Origin: Fibrobacteria bacterium
GTDB taxonomy: Bacteria > Fibrobacterota > Fibrobacteria > UBA11236
Assembly (NCBI GenBank): GCA_043766615.1
Contig: JAYUHW010000011.1
Coordinates: forward strand, 1 to 55,871
Reading direction: 5' to 3'
Length of the DNA stretch: 55,871 nt
Made by a program: the position numbers and the translations under genes. The notes beneath the pieces were generated by a model. The model worked only from the letters and a program-made list of their open reading frames with translations, did no database searches and was not told where the DNA came from. Positions 17,770 through 27,411 of the stretch are shown in pieces; within the stretch, counting starts at the first letter, position 1, and each line of letters opens with the position of its first letter.

Positions 17770-20700
17770 TCAGAATGGGTTGCCCTTGCAGGAACCAGAG
17801 CTACCCGTTTCTTTCCAGATATCATTGCAATTGAAATTGACTCTTGTATCTACGGTCAATTTCGCACTGGAACCTAAATACATCTGGTAAGGAACAGTTG
17901 CGGATTTATTGCCATAAATATTCATGGCACCTTTAAACTCTGCTGTCCCCTCAATATGAATAATATTCAAATCCGGTAAGGGAATATTATTTACAATTGA
18001 GCCGCCATCAAATGAAGCGGTGCTTATTCCATTTACAAATATTAAGTGCCCACTCCCATAGTTTCCATCATTGAAGACACTGACTCCAGAAGCTATAAGA
18101 TTAGTTGATATAATTGATCCGCCGTCTATTACTTTGATATACCCATGCAATTCCAACCGACAATCAATGATCGACAGACTTGTAATTCGAACCCATACTC
18201 CCTCCGTAAAGACCAGTCCGTCTACCGAGCCGCCACTATTAAAATCAAATAGGCCGCCTGCAACATAGGTATTGGCTTTGTTTCTTCCGCTAATTGAAGT
18301 GGGAAAAGTAGAAGCATCAAACCCTCCAAGTATTGTCAGTTTAGAGTTAGGCAATAGGCCTTGAGAGTAACTCCCCGAGGCAATCCAAATCTCCCTACCG
18401 GCATTCCCTGCATCCCCAACCACTCCTGCCAAATCTCCGCTTGCCTCTTCCCAGCTTGAACCGCTCCCCGTTCCTCCAGACTTAATGAATATTACGCCAC
18501 TTCTTCGCCAAACATTCCGGGTGACCGTGGTTTTGTTGCCCAAACTGTCCGCCTCAACTATCAGGCAAGTATTGGACGCCGAATCGGCGGGAAGATTGCA
18601 AACCGATTGTCGGTCGACTCCATCCGATTTGTAGAAAATCGTGAAAGAGGATGCGTTCGTTATATACCCTTCTCTTAGCGCATATTGGCCCAATGTTCCT
18701 TTTACCACGATGTTTGTAACCACCGGACCCGTTCTATCCAACTGAATTGCAAATATGCCTTCAGCACCCCATCGGCCCATGGAATCTTGCTCCGAAACTC
18801 GAATGGTATAGGCACCATCCGTAGCTCCCGATGCCAGGCTCCATTCCGTCTGACTGCCTCCAGGCTGTGGATGGGTTTGATAGGCTGTTTCGGCATTCAA
18901 CCGAACGCGATAAATTCCATTTCCCCCACCACCGGATGTCCATGTGAATTTCGGATTGTTGGTTACGGCACTAGTTGGTTTTCCGCTGGCGCTGACAACT
19001 TTTGGCGCGGCGGCCGGATTCACTTTGATCCGGTAACTGAATGACTTGGCCGCTCCGAGAACGCCTGCCACTTGATCCTTTTCCCGAACTGTAAGCGTGG
19101 GCGTTTGATTGTCGGCGAGTACACTGGCGGGCGTATAAGTCGCCGTGGTCAGTTCAAATTCCGTACCCGCATCCAATTTCAAAACATAAACGCCGGTACC
19201 GCCGTTGGTCGGTGAAGCCGTCCATGTCCAAGTCGGCTTCTGTAAATCCGTATAGGCGCCATCGGTCCCAATAAAAGTTACAGCGGCAGGTGGAGTCACA
19301 TCGACGATGATGGCTTTCGAACCGGATGCCGACCAATTCCCAGCTGCATCCCGTTCTTGGACGAATAATGTATGTGATCCTTCCGAGATGGGCGTTCCTG
19401 GTTTGAATAACGTGTCGGTTCCCTCCACTGAGGATCCAAAATTCTCGACATCAAGTGCAATTCTGTATTTTCCGTTTCCTCCCGAACCGCCACTGACCCA
19501 GGTCCAAGTTGGCTGAGTGGAAGCAACGTAGGCGGGCCCGCTTAAGACCGGTTTATTTGGGGCTAAGGAATCCAAGGTAACTAGGCTGGAAGCGGAAACG
19601 GAGCTGCCGGCGATGTCCCGGTACGTGCGTTTGACGGTGTTGAGCCCAACGGCAAGTGTTTCCGTGGTTAAGGAGTCTTGTACCACATTGTTCACCTTCC
19701 AGACGACGGAGATTTTGGCCACGCGGGAATAACTGTTATTGGCCGGCGAAACGATATTGACGACCGATCCCTTTACGGCGCTAACCCGTTTTGTCACGAT
19801 GGTTTCATTGCCTTCGGTATCTCGAACATAGAAACGCACCGAATAAATTTTTTCCAGATTGAACACATAGCTTTCCTCTTTGACCGTTTCGCTGGAATCA
19901 TCCCAGATGGAATTTCCATCCAAGTCCCATTTGAACTTTACCACCGCGCCGAATTCTTGGGGCGCGACTACTGGAAGAAAGGTCACAGCCTGACCGAGGG
20001 AAATAACCGTGTCTTGACCCACAGTCATAATGGGGGAATCGCGCTTCACAATGACATCAACGCTATCCTTTTTTGAACTATCCGAAAGGCAGACGGCGAC
20101 TATTCTTGTTAAACCTGGAAGTACCGGATTCACTTTTCCATCAGCGTCCACCGCAGCAATAGCGGGGTTTGAGGAAGACCATTGAACTTTTTGTGCACTC
20201 GCTAATGGGAAAACTTTGGCCGAGACGTTTTGGCTTACGCCTCCCGTGTAAAGTTTAAGGGTGCGTGGCAAGATTCGGACACTGTCAACATTTTGAATCG
20301 CCAGGACGCGCACCTTGAGTGCAGCCTTTTTGGTGATGCTCTCTTTGGATTTGGCAAAAACCTGCGCAACACCTTCACTAAGGCCCACAATGCGCCCATT
20401 CTGCAGGCTGATTTTGGAAGAATCACTTATGGAATACTCTACTTCCTGATTCGCCTTGGAAGGCAACACCTCGACAATCAAACTCTCGGCAGCTCCATGC
20501 AAATAAAGGTCGATAGAATCTTTAAAGAACCGAACGCTCGTGACGGGTACTGGATCCAAGACTACTATAAAGGCCGTAGAAGCCACGGAAGATTTTTCTT
20601 TAGAGGTCGCATGGAGAATCGTCATCCCCTGTTTAATACCCCGCACGGTTCCATCGGCAGATATGAGCGCAATTGTTGTATCCTCAATATGCCAAACCAC

Positions 20701-21447
20701 GAGGTTGCTGGAGCTAGATGGCGTGGCTTTAACGGCAACATGGCCAGTTGCTCCTCCGGCAGCTACAAACAATGTATCCGGGGCAATCGTAATACCCTCG
20801 GGTATTTTGGTATTCACTACAACCGTCACATTAACTATTAACCTAACAGCCGGATCCACCTTTAATGAGACAGTAACCATAACGATGCCTGGTTGAAGCG
20901 CTTTTAAATAATTGCCCGATACTTGCAGGACTTGGTCATTTGATGAAGCCCAAATTAGAGATTTATTGAAAAGGTTGGTTGGAGTAATGGAAATGACGGG
21001 TACGGTCTGTGAATCGCCGGCTATTATACTGATTTCCTGGACAAGCGAAGTGAGCTTGGTGCCGGGTACAAAAAGAGTGCGCGTTGTATCGGTGTGGTTA
21101 GTATTCCCATCGAACTTTTTCTCAATTTTATAGACGGGTTGGCCGGCATTGAAACCGGTAATTTCAATTAGAATCTCTCCACCGTCCCATTTATCAACCG
21201 GTAAACGTTCTATTTCGGCATGCTGATCCACTTTGCCCTGGTAGACCGTGTCCATAAAATTACCATCTCGGTCCTTGACTATAATGACAACGGAATCATA
21301 AACCGACAAATCATCGTATTGTTTGGTGAAGGAGAGCAGGTGAGTCGTTGGCCCATCCTGGGTCAATTGACATGCCCAGAAAACCATGACCGAAGCCACC
21401 AGCAGCAAGCCCAAGCGCCGGTATATGGAACGACTCGAACCGATCAT
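17770..21447 (-). CDS. Large modular surface lipoprotein: 4 Big_2-like Ig repeats, PKD-like domain, 3 Ig-like PTWTW repeats, C-terminal beta-helix-like domain
   Basis: Lipobox VFWA-C; WSSSNPAIAAVDADGKV-type repeats; KFKWDLDGN; PTWTW/PKFTW...GG.G.YR repeats; GSGSSWEEA..., EIWIASGSY, ILGGF. Confidence 0.85.
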   Translation of the reverse strand: MIGSSRSIYRRLGLLLVASVMVFWACQLTQDGPTTHLLSFTKQYDDLSVYDSVVIIVKDRDGNFMDTVYQGKVDQHAEIERLPVDKWDGGEILIEITGFNAGQPVYKIEKKFDGNTNHTDTTRTLFVPGTKLTSLVQEISIIAGDSQTVPVISITPTNLFNKSLIWASSNDQVLQVSGNYLKALQPGIVMVTVSLKVDPAVRLIVNVTVVVNTKIPEGITIAPDTLFVAAGGATGHVAVKATPSSSSNLVVWHIEDTTIALISADGTVRGIKQGMTILHATSKEKSSVASTAFIVVLDPVPVTSVRFFKDSIDLYLHGAAESLIVEVLPSKANQEVEYSISDSSKISLQNGRIVGLSEGVAQVFAKSKESITKKAALKVRVLAIQNVDSVRILPRTLKLYTGGVSQNVSAKVFPLASAQKVQWSSSNPAIAAVDADGKVNPVLPGLTRIVAVCLSDSSKKDSVDVIVKRDSPIMTVGQDTVISLGQAVTFLPVVAPQEFGAVVKFKWDLDGNSIWDDSSETVKEESYVFNLEKIYSVRFYVRDTEGNETIVTKRVSAVKGSVVNIVSPANNSYSRVAKISVVWKVNNVVQDSLTTETLAVGLNTVKRTYRDIAGSSVSASSLVTLDSLAPNKPVLSGPAYVASTQPTWTWVSGGSGGNGKYRIALDVENFGSSVEGTDTLFKPGTPISEGSHTLFVQERDAAGNWSASGSKAIIVDVTPPAAVTFIGTDGAYTDLQKPTWTWTASPTNGGTGVYVLKLDAGTEFELTTATYTPASVLADNQTPTLTVREKDQVAGVLGAAKSFSYRIKVNPAAAPKVVSASGKPTSAVTNNPKFTWTSGGGGNGIYRVRLNAETAYQTHPQPGGSQTEWSLASGATDGAYTIRVSEQDSMGRWGAEGIFAIQLDRTGPVVTNIVVKGTLGQYALREGYITNASSFTIFYKSDGVDRQSVCNLPADSASNTCLIVEADSLGNKTTVTRNVWRRSGVIFIKSGGTGSGSSWEEASGDLAGVVGDAGNAGREIWIASGSYSQGLLPNSKLTILGGFDASTFPTSISGRNKANTYVAGGLFDFNSGGSVDGLVFTEGVWVRITSLSIIDCRLELHGYIKVIDGGSIISTNLIASGVSVFNDGNYGSGHLIFVNGISTASFDGGSIVNNIPLPDLNIIHIEGTAEFKGAMNIYGNKSATVPYQMYLGSSAKLTVDTRVNFNCNDIWKETGSSGSCKGNPF

Positions 21448-22112
21448 TGCACGCCGTGTTGAGCTTGGTTTCCAGGGCTATCCGCTAAAATGAAATAGGC
21501 TCCAACGCCAACGGCAACCGCTACGGCCGTGCCCCCCACCCAGTAAAAAGCGTGATGTGAAGTGGGCTCTGGCCGTACATGCGGTTCCTGACGTCCACTA
21601 CCTGCGTTATCCCCTTTTGAACTGGATTGAGAATTTCCGGACACATGAGATTGTGCCCGATCCAATTTACCCCGCGTCTCTTCATATTCATCTTGGATGT
21701 TTTTGAAGATCATGTAGATCATGTCGCTGGCATACATGTCCAGAATTCTGGCGGTTGGCTCCACGGCTAATAGTTGGTGCATATAATACTTACCCTTTTC
21801 GCGGGTTTCGTATTTGGCTGCGTACATCACCCCAAGGTGTTTGAAAATGAAAACGCTGTCATTATGTGTGTAGCCAGGTTTTGCTTTAAGGCCATTCTCA
21901 AGCTTTTCAATGGCTTGATCAAAATCGCCATCCATATAAAGTTTTCTAATGAGCGTGGTATCCAGGATCGGAGCGGGCTCCTTGCCTTGGGCATTGAAAA
22001 CGACTGTCTGCACGGGCACAGGTTTTGGCTTGGCGTGCCCAAGAACAGGCAAGCAAATTGCCACGAATATCCACCAAAAACCCATTGATTGAGAACAAGA
22101 AAATTTCAGCAC
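21444..22112 (-). CDS. Secreted TPR-like protein with C-terminal membrane anchor
   Basis: Signal peptide, YMDGDFDQAIEKLE / FKHLGVMYA helical repeats, C-terminal FYWVGGTAVAVAVGVGAYFIL; GTG 22112 after GGAGG; ATGA overlap with the large lipoprotein. Confidence 0.75.
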   Translation of the reverse strand: MLKFSCSQSMGFWWIFVAICLPVLGHAKPKPVPVQTVVFNAQGKEPAPILDTTLIRKLYMDGDFDQAIEKLENGLKAKPGYTHNDSVFIFKHLGVMYAAKYETREKGKYYMHQLLAVEPTARILDMYASDMIYMIFKNIQDEYEETRGKLDRAQSHVSGNSQSSSKGDNAGSGRQEPHVRPEPTSHHAFYWVGGTAVAVAVGVGAYFILADSPGNQAQHGVQ

Positions 22113-22233
22113 ACTATCCTCCAAATTTCGTTTCTTAGCGCTTAGGACCTATAAAGTAATCTATATCGTTCACTCCAGGTTTGATGGCCATCACATTCCT
22201 GAGTAAAACATTACCTGAACCCTAGTGAAAACT

Positions 22234-22259
22234 AAAAAAGTGTCAATAAAAGCGACACT
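22234..22259 (-). terminator. Weak putative intrinsic terminator
   Basis: AGTGTC/GACACT 6-bp stem with 9-nt loop followed on the minus strand by a T-run, just downstream of the stop at 22286. Confidence 0.35.
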
Positions 22260-22285
22260 AGGATGGTTAACGGCCTGGAAACGCC

Positions 22286-23284
22286 TTAAAAACGGCGTGT
22301 TTTGAAGAAATAGAACGGACCGCCTAATAGGGAGGCCAGAAGAATGCAGATATGCACGAGCGCAATGATTTCGCTCCCACCCTGCAGGACTCCTACGTTT
22401 CGGTAGATCATTTCACCGGCAGCCTCCCCTACTCCAACGCCAGATGGCGAAATGGGCAGGCCGTTGATCATGGTCATGGTGGGCACCACAAAGCCATGCA
22501 CTAACCAGGGGATGGTTAGGCCTAAAGTACGTGCGAAAAGAATGTACATGAGAATTAAACCTGCATCGACAATACATCCAATTCCCAGAACCAGTAATAA
22601 TCCTTTAGGTCTGAGCCGAAATATCAGCAGTGATTTGGCGAATGATTGAATAAACCTTCCGCCGGGAAGTTTTCCAAGAGCCCGGTGTTCCAAAAAGCGG
22701 CTGGAATAGGGAGAGAGAAAAAAGGCGATGGCCAATGTGAACAGGAGGAATACGCTGGCATAGAACACGCTGTTAATGCGCAGCGCGGTTGAATCCTTCC
22801 AAAGCGAATAATTGAGCCCAGTCATGATCATGCCCATACATAAAAGCCCGTAGGTTCCCACCAGCCGATCCATGGCGATAGAAGTCAATGCCAATGAGGC
22901 TTCGCCATCTTTGTGATCCTGAAATAAATAATATCCCTTGATGACGTCCCCACCGTTTCCACCGGGAATGAGGGTATTGAAAAATAGGCCAATCATTTGC
23001 AGGCTCAGGCATCGCCAAGCCGAAACCTTGAGTCCGGCGTTGAGCAGGATGAGATACCATCGCAACCAACCCGCCAAGACAACTGGAACCAAATAGGTGA
23101 TTAAGCCGAAAAAACATACCCACGGGTGGGTGACGATAGCGTGGGTAATCAGGACAGGATCCAGCGCGCCGGAACGGATCATGGCCCAAATGACAGCGCC
23201 ACCCAATGCGAATTTTAGAAGGTGCTGAACTAGAGGGGGAATTTTAAATCGGCTTGGGGCGACAACCGTCTTGCTGGTTTCCAT
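22286..23284 (-). CDS. Lysylphosphatidylglycerol-synthase TM / UPF0104 flippase-like protein, copy 2
   Basis: LRWYLIL, IGLFFNTLIPGGNGGDVIKGYY, DRLVG, LPISPSGVGVGE; start at ATG 23284 (METSK) avoids overlap with the upstream paralogue. Confidence 0.88.
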   Translation of the reverse strand: METSKTVVAPSRFKIPPLVQHLLKFALGGAVIWAMIRSGALDPVLITHAIVTHPWVCFFGLITYLVPVVLAGWLRWYLILLNAGLKVSAWRCLSLQMIGLFFNTLIPGGNGGDVIKGYYLFQDHKDGEASLALTSIAMDRLVGTYGLLCMGMIMTGLNYSLWKDSTALRINSVFYASVFLLFTLAIAFFLSPYSSRFLEHRALGKLPGGRFIQSFAKSLLIFRLRPKGLLLVLGIGCIVDAGLILMYILFARTLGLTIPWLVHGFVVPTMTMINGLPISPSGVGVGEAAGEMIYRNVGVLQGGSEIIALVHICILLASLLGGPFYFFKTRRF

Positions 23285-23304
23285 CGACACTGCATTATAG
23301 CTTT

Positions 23305-24363
23305 TTAATTTGTAGCTAGAGCCTGGTCGCCAATGGCGTCTGGGTTTGGAATCGGGATTTGGGCAGGGGTTCGGTAAAAGAAATAAAATGGGGCGCCGAT
23401 GAGAGAAACCATCATAATGCAAATGTGCACCAAGGCCAACACTTCACTACCTCCTTGCGCAACACCCAGGCTGCGATAAATCACTTCTCCCGCAGCCTCA
23501 CCCACTCCAAGCCCGGAAGGTGAAATGGGTATACCATTGATCATCGTCAAAGTTGGAACTACAAAGCCATGCACAAGAAGCGGCAGCTTCAACCCCAAGG
23601 CGAGCGCGAAAAAATAATAGAGCAGGATGAGTCCGCAATCCACGATGATGCCCAATCCCAGCGCCATGAGTAAGCCGGTCGGACGTTGCCGATAGAGCAG
23701 CAGGGATGCAAAAAGAGATTTCAGAAACCGGCCCCCAGGTAGGCGGAATAGCGCAGGGTGCATTAGGAAGCGGTGCGATAAAGGCGAAAAAAAGAACGCA
23801 ATGGCGGCGGTGAAAACACAATAGACTCCCGCATAAAAAAGGCTATTGAGCCTTAAGGAGCCGGAGTCTTTCCAAAGCGGATAATTGAGAAAAGTCATTG
23901 CCATCGCCACGGTGAGAAGGGCATAGAGTCCAATTAGACGATCCATGGCTATGGAGGTTAAGGCCAAAGATTTATCCTTGTCTTCATGTTCTCGGTAGAG
24001 ATAATACCCTTTGATCAAATCCCCACCCGTTCCTCCGGGAATAAGGCTATTGAAAAAAATCCCTATCATGGACAGGCTGAAAATTCGAGAAGTGGTAGCC
24101 TTCAGCCCCACCAGGCGTATCAGGAGCAGCCAGCGCAGCCACGCCGGTATCACCACTAAAAGTGCATAAGTCAGCAAGGCCAAAAGACATAGTCCGGCAT
24201 GATTTAGCAACGCTTGCTTTACCAAAGCCGGATCCAAGGCTCCAGAATGCACCAAGAACCCAATCGCTGCAAAGCCAAAGGCAAATTTCAGCAGGTTTTT
24301 AAACAGAGCGGGTACTTGGAATCGGCCCTTTATGGTCACTGAGGTGCTTCCATTTTCATTCAA
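23305..24363 (-). CDS. Lysylphosphatidylglycerol-synthase TM / UPF0104 flippase-like protein, copy 1
   Basis: LRWLLLI, IGIFFNSLIPGGTGGDLIKGYY, DRLIG, IPISPSGLGVGE; TTGA overlap with rnhB. Confidence 0.88.
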   Translation of the reverse strand: MNENGSTSVTIKGRFQVPALFKNLLKFAFGFAAIGFLVHSGALDPALVKQALLNHAGLCLLALLTYALLVVIPAWLRWLLLIRLVGLKATTSRIFSLSMIGIFFNSLIPGGTGGDLIKGYYLYREHEDKDKSLALTSIAMDRLIGLYALLTVAMAMTFLNYPLWKDSGSLRLNSLFYAGVYCVFTAAIAFFFSPLSHRFLMHPALFRLPGGRFLKSLFASLLLYRQRPTGLLMALGLGIIVDCGLILLYYFFALALGLKLPLLVHGFVVPTLTMINGIPISPSGLGVGEAAGEVIYRSLGVAQGGSEVLALVHICIMMVSLIGAPFYFFYRTPAQIPIPNPDAIGDQALATN

Positions 24364-24998
24364 GTAAACAGTGAAGGTTGTTGCATGGCTTTGCCTTTAA
24401 AACTCAATCTGTGAAAAGCCGTGAGCCCATGGTCACGAATAGCTTTGCGGTGGGCTTCTGTTGGATAGCCTTTATGACCGGCAAATCCGTATTCCGGGTG
24501 CAGCGCATGCAGCTCCACCATCTGTCTGTCGCGAACCACCTTGGCCAAAATGGATGCGGCCGCAATTGAAGCCGATCGGCCATCGCCCTTGACCAAAGTA
24601 CGCTGAGGCCAAGTGATATCGGGGATGCGCTGATTGCCGTCAACGAGCAACAAGCCCGGTGGCTTTCCCATAGCATCCAAGGCGCGGCGCATGGCAAGGA
24701 GCGAGGCTACCAGAATATTGTATCGGTCGATTTCCGCCGGTGAGCATTCGCCAATCCCAAAGGCCAGGGCTCGGGATTGAATGTCCAAGAACAGTTCTTC
24801 CCGCCGTGCGGCGCTCAGTTTTTTGGAATCGTTTATTCCTTCTATGGGCGGACCTTTGAAGTCCAGAATGACGCAAGCTGCCACCACATTTCCAGCTAAA
24901 GGACCTCGACCCACTTCATCCACTCCACACAACTGTGGAAACTCTTCCAGCAAATCGACATCAAATTCCCAAAGCGCACGGCCGGATTTATCGGCCAT
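24360..24998 (-). CDS. rnhB: Ribonuclease HII
   Basis: GVDEVGRGPLAG, INDSKKL, LVDGN, VKGD, SIAAASILAKVVRD, HKGYPT; start ATG 24998. Confidence 0.97.
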   Translation of the reverse strand: MADKSGRALWEFDVDLLEEFPQLCGVDEVGRGPLAGNVVAACVILDFKGPPIEGINDSKKLSAARREELFLDIQSRALAFGIGECSPAEIDRYNILVASLLAMRRALDAMGKPPGLLLVDGNQRIPDITWPQRTLVKGDGRSASIAAASILAKVVRDRQMVELHALHPEYGFAGHKGYPTEAHRKAIRDHGLTAFHRLSFKGKAMQQPSLFT

Positions 24999-25662
24999 CG
25001 CCAGCATCCATGCGTGTCCGGAACACACTCAAGTCTACAGCACGTGCCGGATCCTCACTGGATGTCGGTTTGATTTCTTGATTGGCGAAACCACCAATAA
25101 CCTGCCAATAATAGCTATGCTCACAGACCAGCACGCGGGCGGCCAGCTCGTCCGGCGTGCAGCCCAAAGGGACCGGTACCACGCGCTGCAGGACGATTTG
25201 TCCTTCATCATACGCATCATTAACCATATGAATGGTGATGCCGGAAAATTGGGCCCCTCTGGCAATCACTCCCGCGTGAACCTTTGACCCATAAAAACCT
25301 TCCCCACCAAAGGCCGGGAGCAATGCCGGATGAATATTGAGTATCCGATTTTTGAGTTCCGCCAATAAGGCGGTTGGCACTTTTTTCATATACCCGGCCA
25401 AAACCAAAAGGTCGATGGCATGGCTTCGGACAAGTTGTATCATCCGCGCCGTGGCGCTATCCTCACTGCCTTCAGTGACTCCGCTGACATGATAAGCATG
25501 CGCACCATAGGCTTTGGCTTTTTCCAAAGCTCCAGACTTGCTGTTATTGGAAAGAACGAAACCGATTTCAACCGGCAGTTCGCCACTGCGGATTCGGTCT
25601 AGGATCGATTGGAGGTTGGATCCTCCGCCGGAGGCGAAAACGCCTATGCGGAATGGGGCCAC
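24988..25662 (-). CDS. purN: Phosphoribosylglycinamide formyltransferase
   Basis: FASGGGSNLQSI, LAGYMK, LNIHPALLP, G.TIHMVNDAYDEGQIV. Confidence 0.96.
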   Translation of the reverse strand: MAPFRIGVFASGGGSNLQSILDRIRSGELPVEIGFVLSNNSKSGALEKAKAYGAHAYHVSGVTEGSEDSATARMIQLVRSHAIDLLVLAGYMKKVPTALLAELKNRILNIHPALLPAFGGEGFYGSKVHAGVIARGAQFSGITIHMVNDAYDEGQIVLQRVVPVPLGCTPDELAARVLVCEHSYYWQVIGGFANQEIKPTSSEDPARAVDLSVFRTRMDAGDGR

Positions 25663-25669
25663 GACAGAG

Positions 25670-27286
25670 TCAGACTTTTACCGACGCTGCGGTTTTTTCG
25701 GAGGGAACAGCTGCCAGCGATTCATGGACTTCCGCTTCCCGCAACGTTTCCTGCAGGGAATGGGAATGCGACGACTCGGCCTTGGGCTTAGAATAGCCAC
25801 TGGAGGCCTGCGGGGCACCGTGCCGCTTGAAAAGATGTTTGACCAAAGTTCCCGCACCACGGAAAACGCGATACCTTTCACGGCTATTGGTCAAGGCCAT
25901 GACGGCCTGCGTGAAAATATAAGCAGGGCGCAAATAGAATTCGCGGCGAGCCCGGTCGCAAAAGTCGACCAAATCCTGAGATGTGAGCCCCTTACGGATA
26001 ACGGTGGTGTTGTGCTGCCCGTCCTTATCCAACCATTCATCATAATCCTGGCTGGCGAGTTCACCACGGGATTTGGCCTCATCATATGCAGTCGTTCCAG
26101 GATAGGCCATGATGGGATAAAACTGGGCCGTATTGGGATTAAGCATTTTAGCCATTTCAAGGGTGCCTTGCAGCGTATCCTTAGTATCACCCAAGTTACC
26201 CACCATAAAGCAGCCATGGATAAGAATACCGGCTTTGTTAGCCGATTCCATGAATTTTTCCGACATGCCCTTGGCCAGGCCCTTCTTCACATTCTTCAGC
26301 ACTTCCATAGAACTGGATTCAAAGCCGACGCAAAGTTCCCGGCAACCGGCCTTCTTCATGACATCTAGAACCTCAAATTTCACATCGGCGCGCGCATTGG
26401 CGGACCAGGTGATTTTGAGTCCCCGATTGATGACTTCCTGACAGAGTTCGGCCGTACGCGTCGGATGGGCTGTAAAAGTGTCGTCTTCAAAGAAAATCTC
26501 GCCTAGGTCAGGAAAGTTGGCTTTGATGAAAGCCATTTCGTCCACCACGTCCGTGATGCTGCGCTTGCGATACGTATGCCCAGTCAACGTTTGTGGGATG
26601 ACGCAGTACGTGCAGCGGAACGGACACCCGCGCCCGGAAAGAATCACAATAAGTGGGTTGATATTGGCGCCGTAGAAATAACGCTTATAACAGGAGAATA
26701 AATGCTTGTGATACACCTTGCTGACCCAAGGTAAGGTATCCAAATCCTCGATTTTGGGTCGTTCAGGATTTCGCACCATCTCTTCGCCATTGCGCCAGGA
26801 AATTCCCAAAACTTTACGGGCATGATCGGGACCATCCCCACGTAGATGACGAACCAGTTCACGCGCAGTGTAATCGGCTTCGCCGGAGATGACAAAATCC
26901 ACGGCCATTTCCCGCTCTAGAATTTCCAAAGGCTCGGCGGTGGCATGGGTTCCCATCAATGAAATTTGACAGGTATATCCCTCTTTAAGCGCGGCTTCTT
27001 TAATAGCCTTGCCTACGCGCATATCGTTGTTTATGGATGGCGTCGAGGTGTTGAGCACAGCAAATTCGGGTTTAAACTCGCGGATTTTGGCTAGGGTGGC
27101 TTCTAAATCTAAATCCATCGCTGGAGAATCAATCACTTGAATTTCATTCCCGTCTGCTTCCACGCAGCCCGCAGCATAGGCCATGAACATGGGCCAATAC
27201 AGCGTGCTGGATTTGGTGACGCACGGGCTTCTAGATTCTCTGGAAAACATAGGGAAATAAGGAGGGTTCAAGAACAGGACCTTCAT
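25670..27286 (-). CDS. B12-binding radical SAM protein (HpnJ/BchE-like class)
   Basis: N-terminal B12-binding-like region (GTHAT, DFVISGEAD), GRGCPFRCTYC, FFEDDTF, VGFES, FMVG, YPGT. Confidence 0.9.
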   Translation of the reverse strand: MKVLFLNPPYFPMFSRESRSPCVTKSSTLYWPMFMAYAAGCVEADGNEIQVIDSPAMDLDLEATLAKIREFKPEFAVLNTSTPSINNDMRVGKAIKEAALKEGYTCQISLMGTHATAEPLEILEREMAVDFVISGEADYTARELVRHLRGDGPDHARKVLGISWRNGEEMVRNPERPKIEDLDTLPWVSKVYHKHLFSCYKRYFYGANINPLIVILSGRGCPFRCTYCVIPQTLTGHTYRKRSITDVVDEMAFIKANFPDLGEIFFEDDTFTAHPTRTAELCQEVINRGLKITWSANARADVKFEVLDVMKKAGCRELCVGFESSSMEVLKNVKKGLAKGMSEKFMESANKAGILIHGCFMVGNLGDTKDTLQGTLEMAKMLNPNTAQFYPIMAYPGTTAYDEAKSRGELASQDYDEWLDKDGQHNTTVIRKGLTSQDLVDFCDRARREFYLRPAYIFTQAVMALTNSRERYRVFRGAGTLVKHLFKRHGAPQASSGYSKPKAESSHSHSLQETLREAEVHESLAAVPSEKTAASVKV

Positions 27287-27411
27287 TGCAGAGCCTCCGA
27301 TTTACGCTTTTCGCTTGATTATTCCCAATCGAACCAATTCCATCGAATCGATTTCGATTGCCAAAGTACCTAGATACCTTAACAAAATCAAATATACGTC
27401 CTGGCCGGAAT

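Noticed and set aside
25514-26368. 284-aa plus-strand ORF
   Set aside because: Antisense shadow of the B12 radical SAM gene and purN; no motifs.
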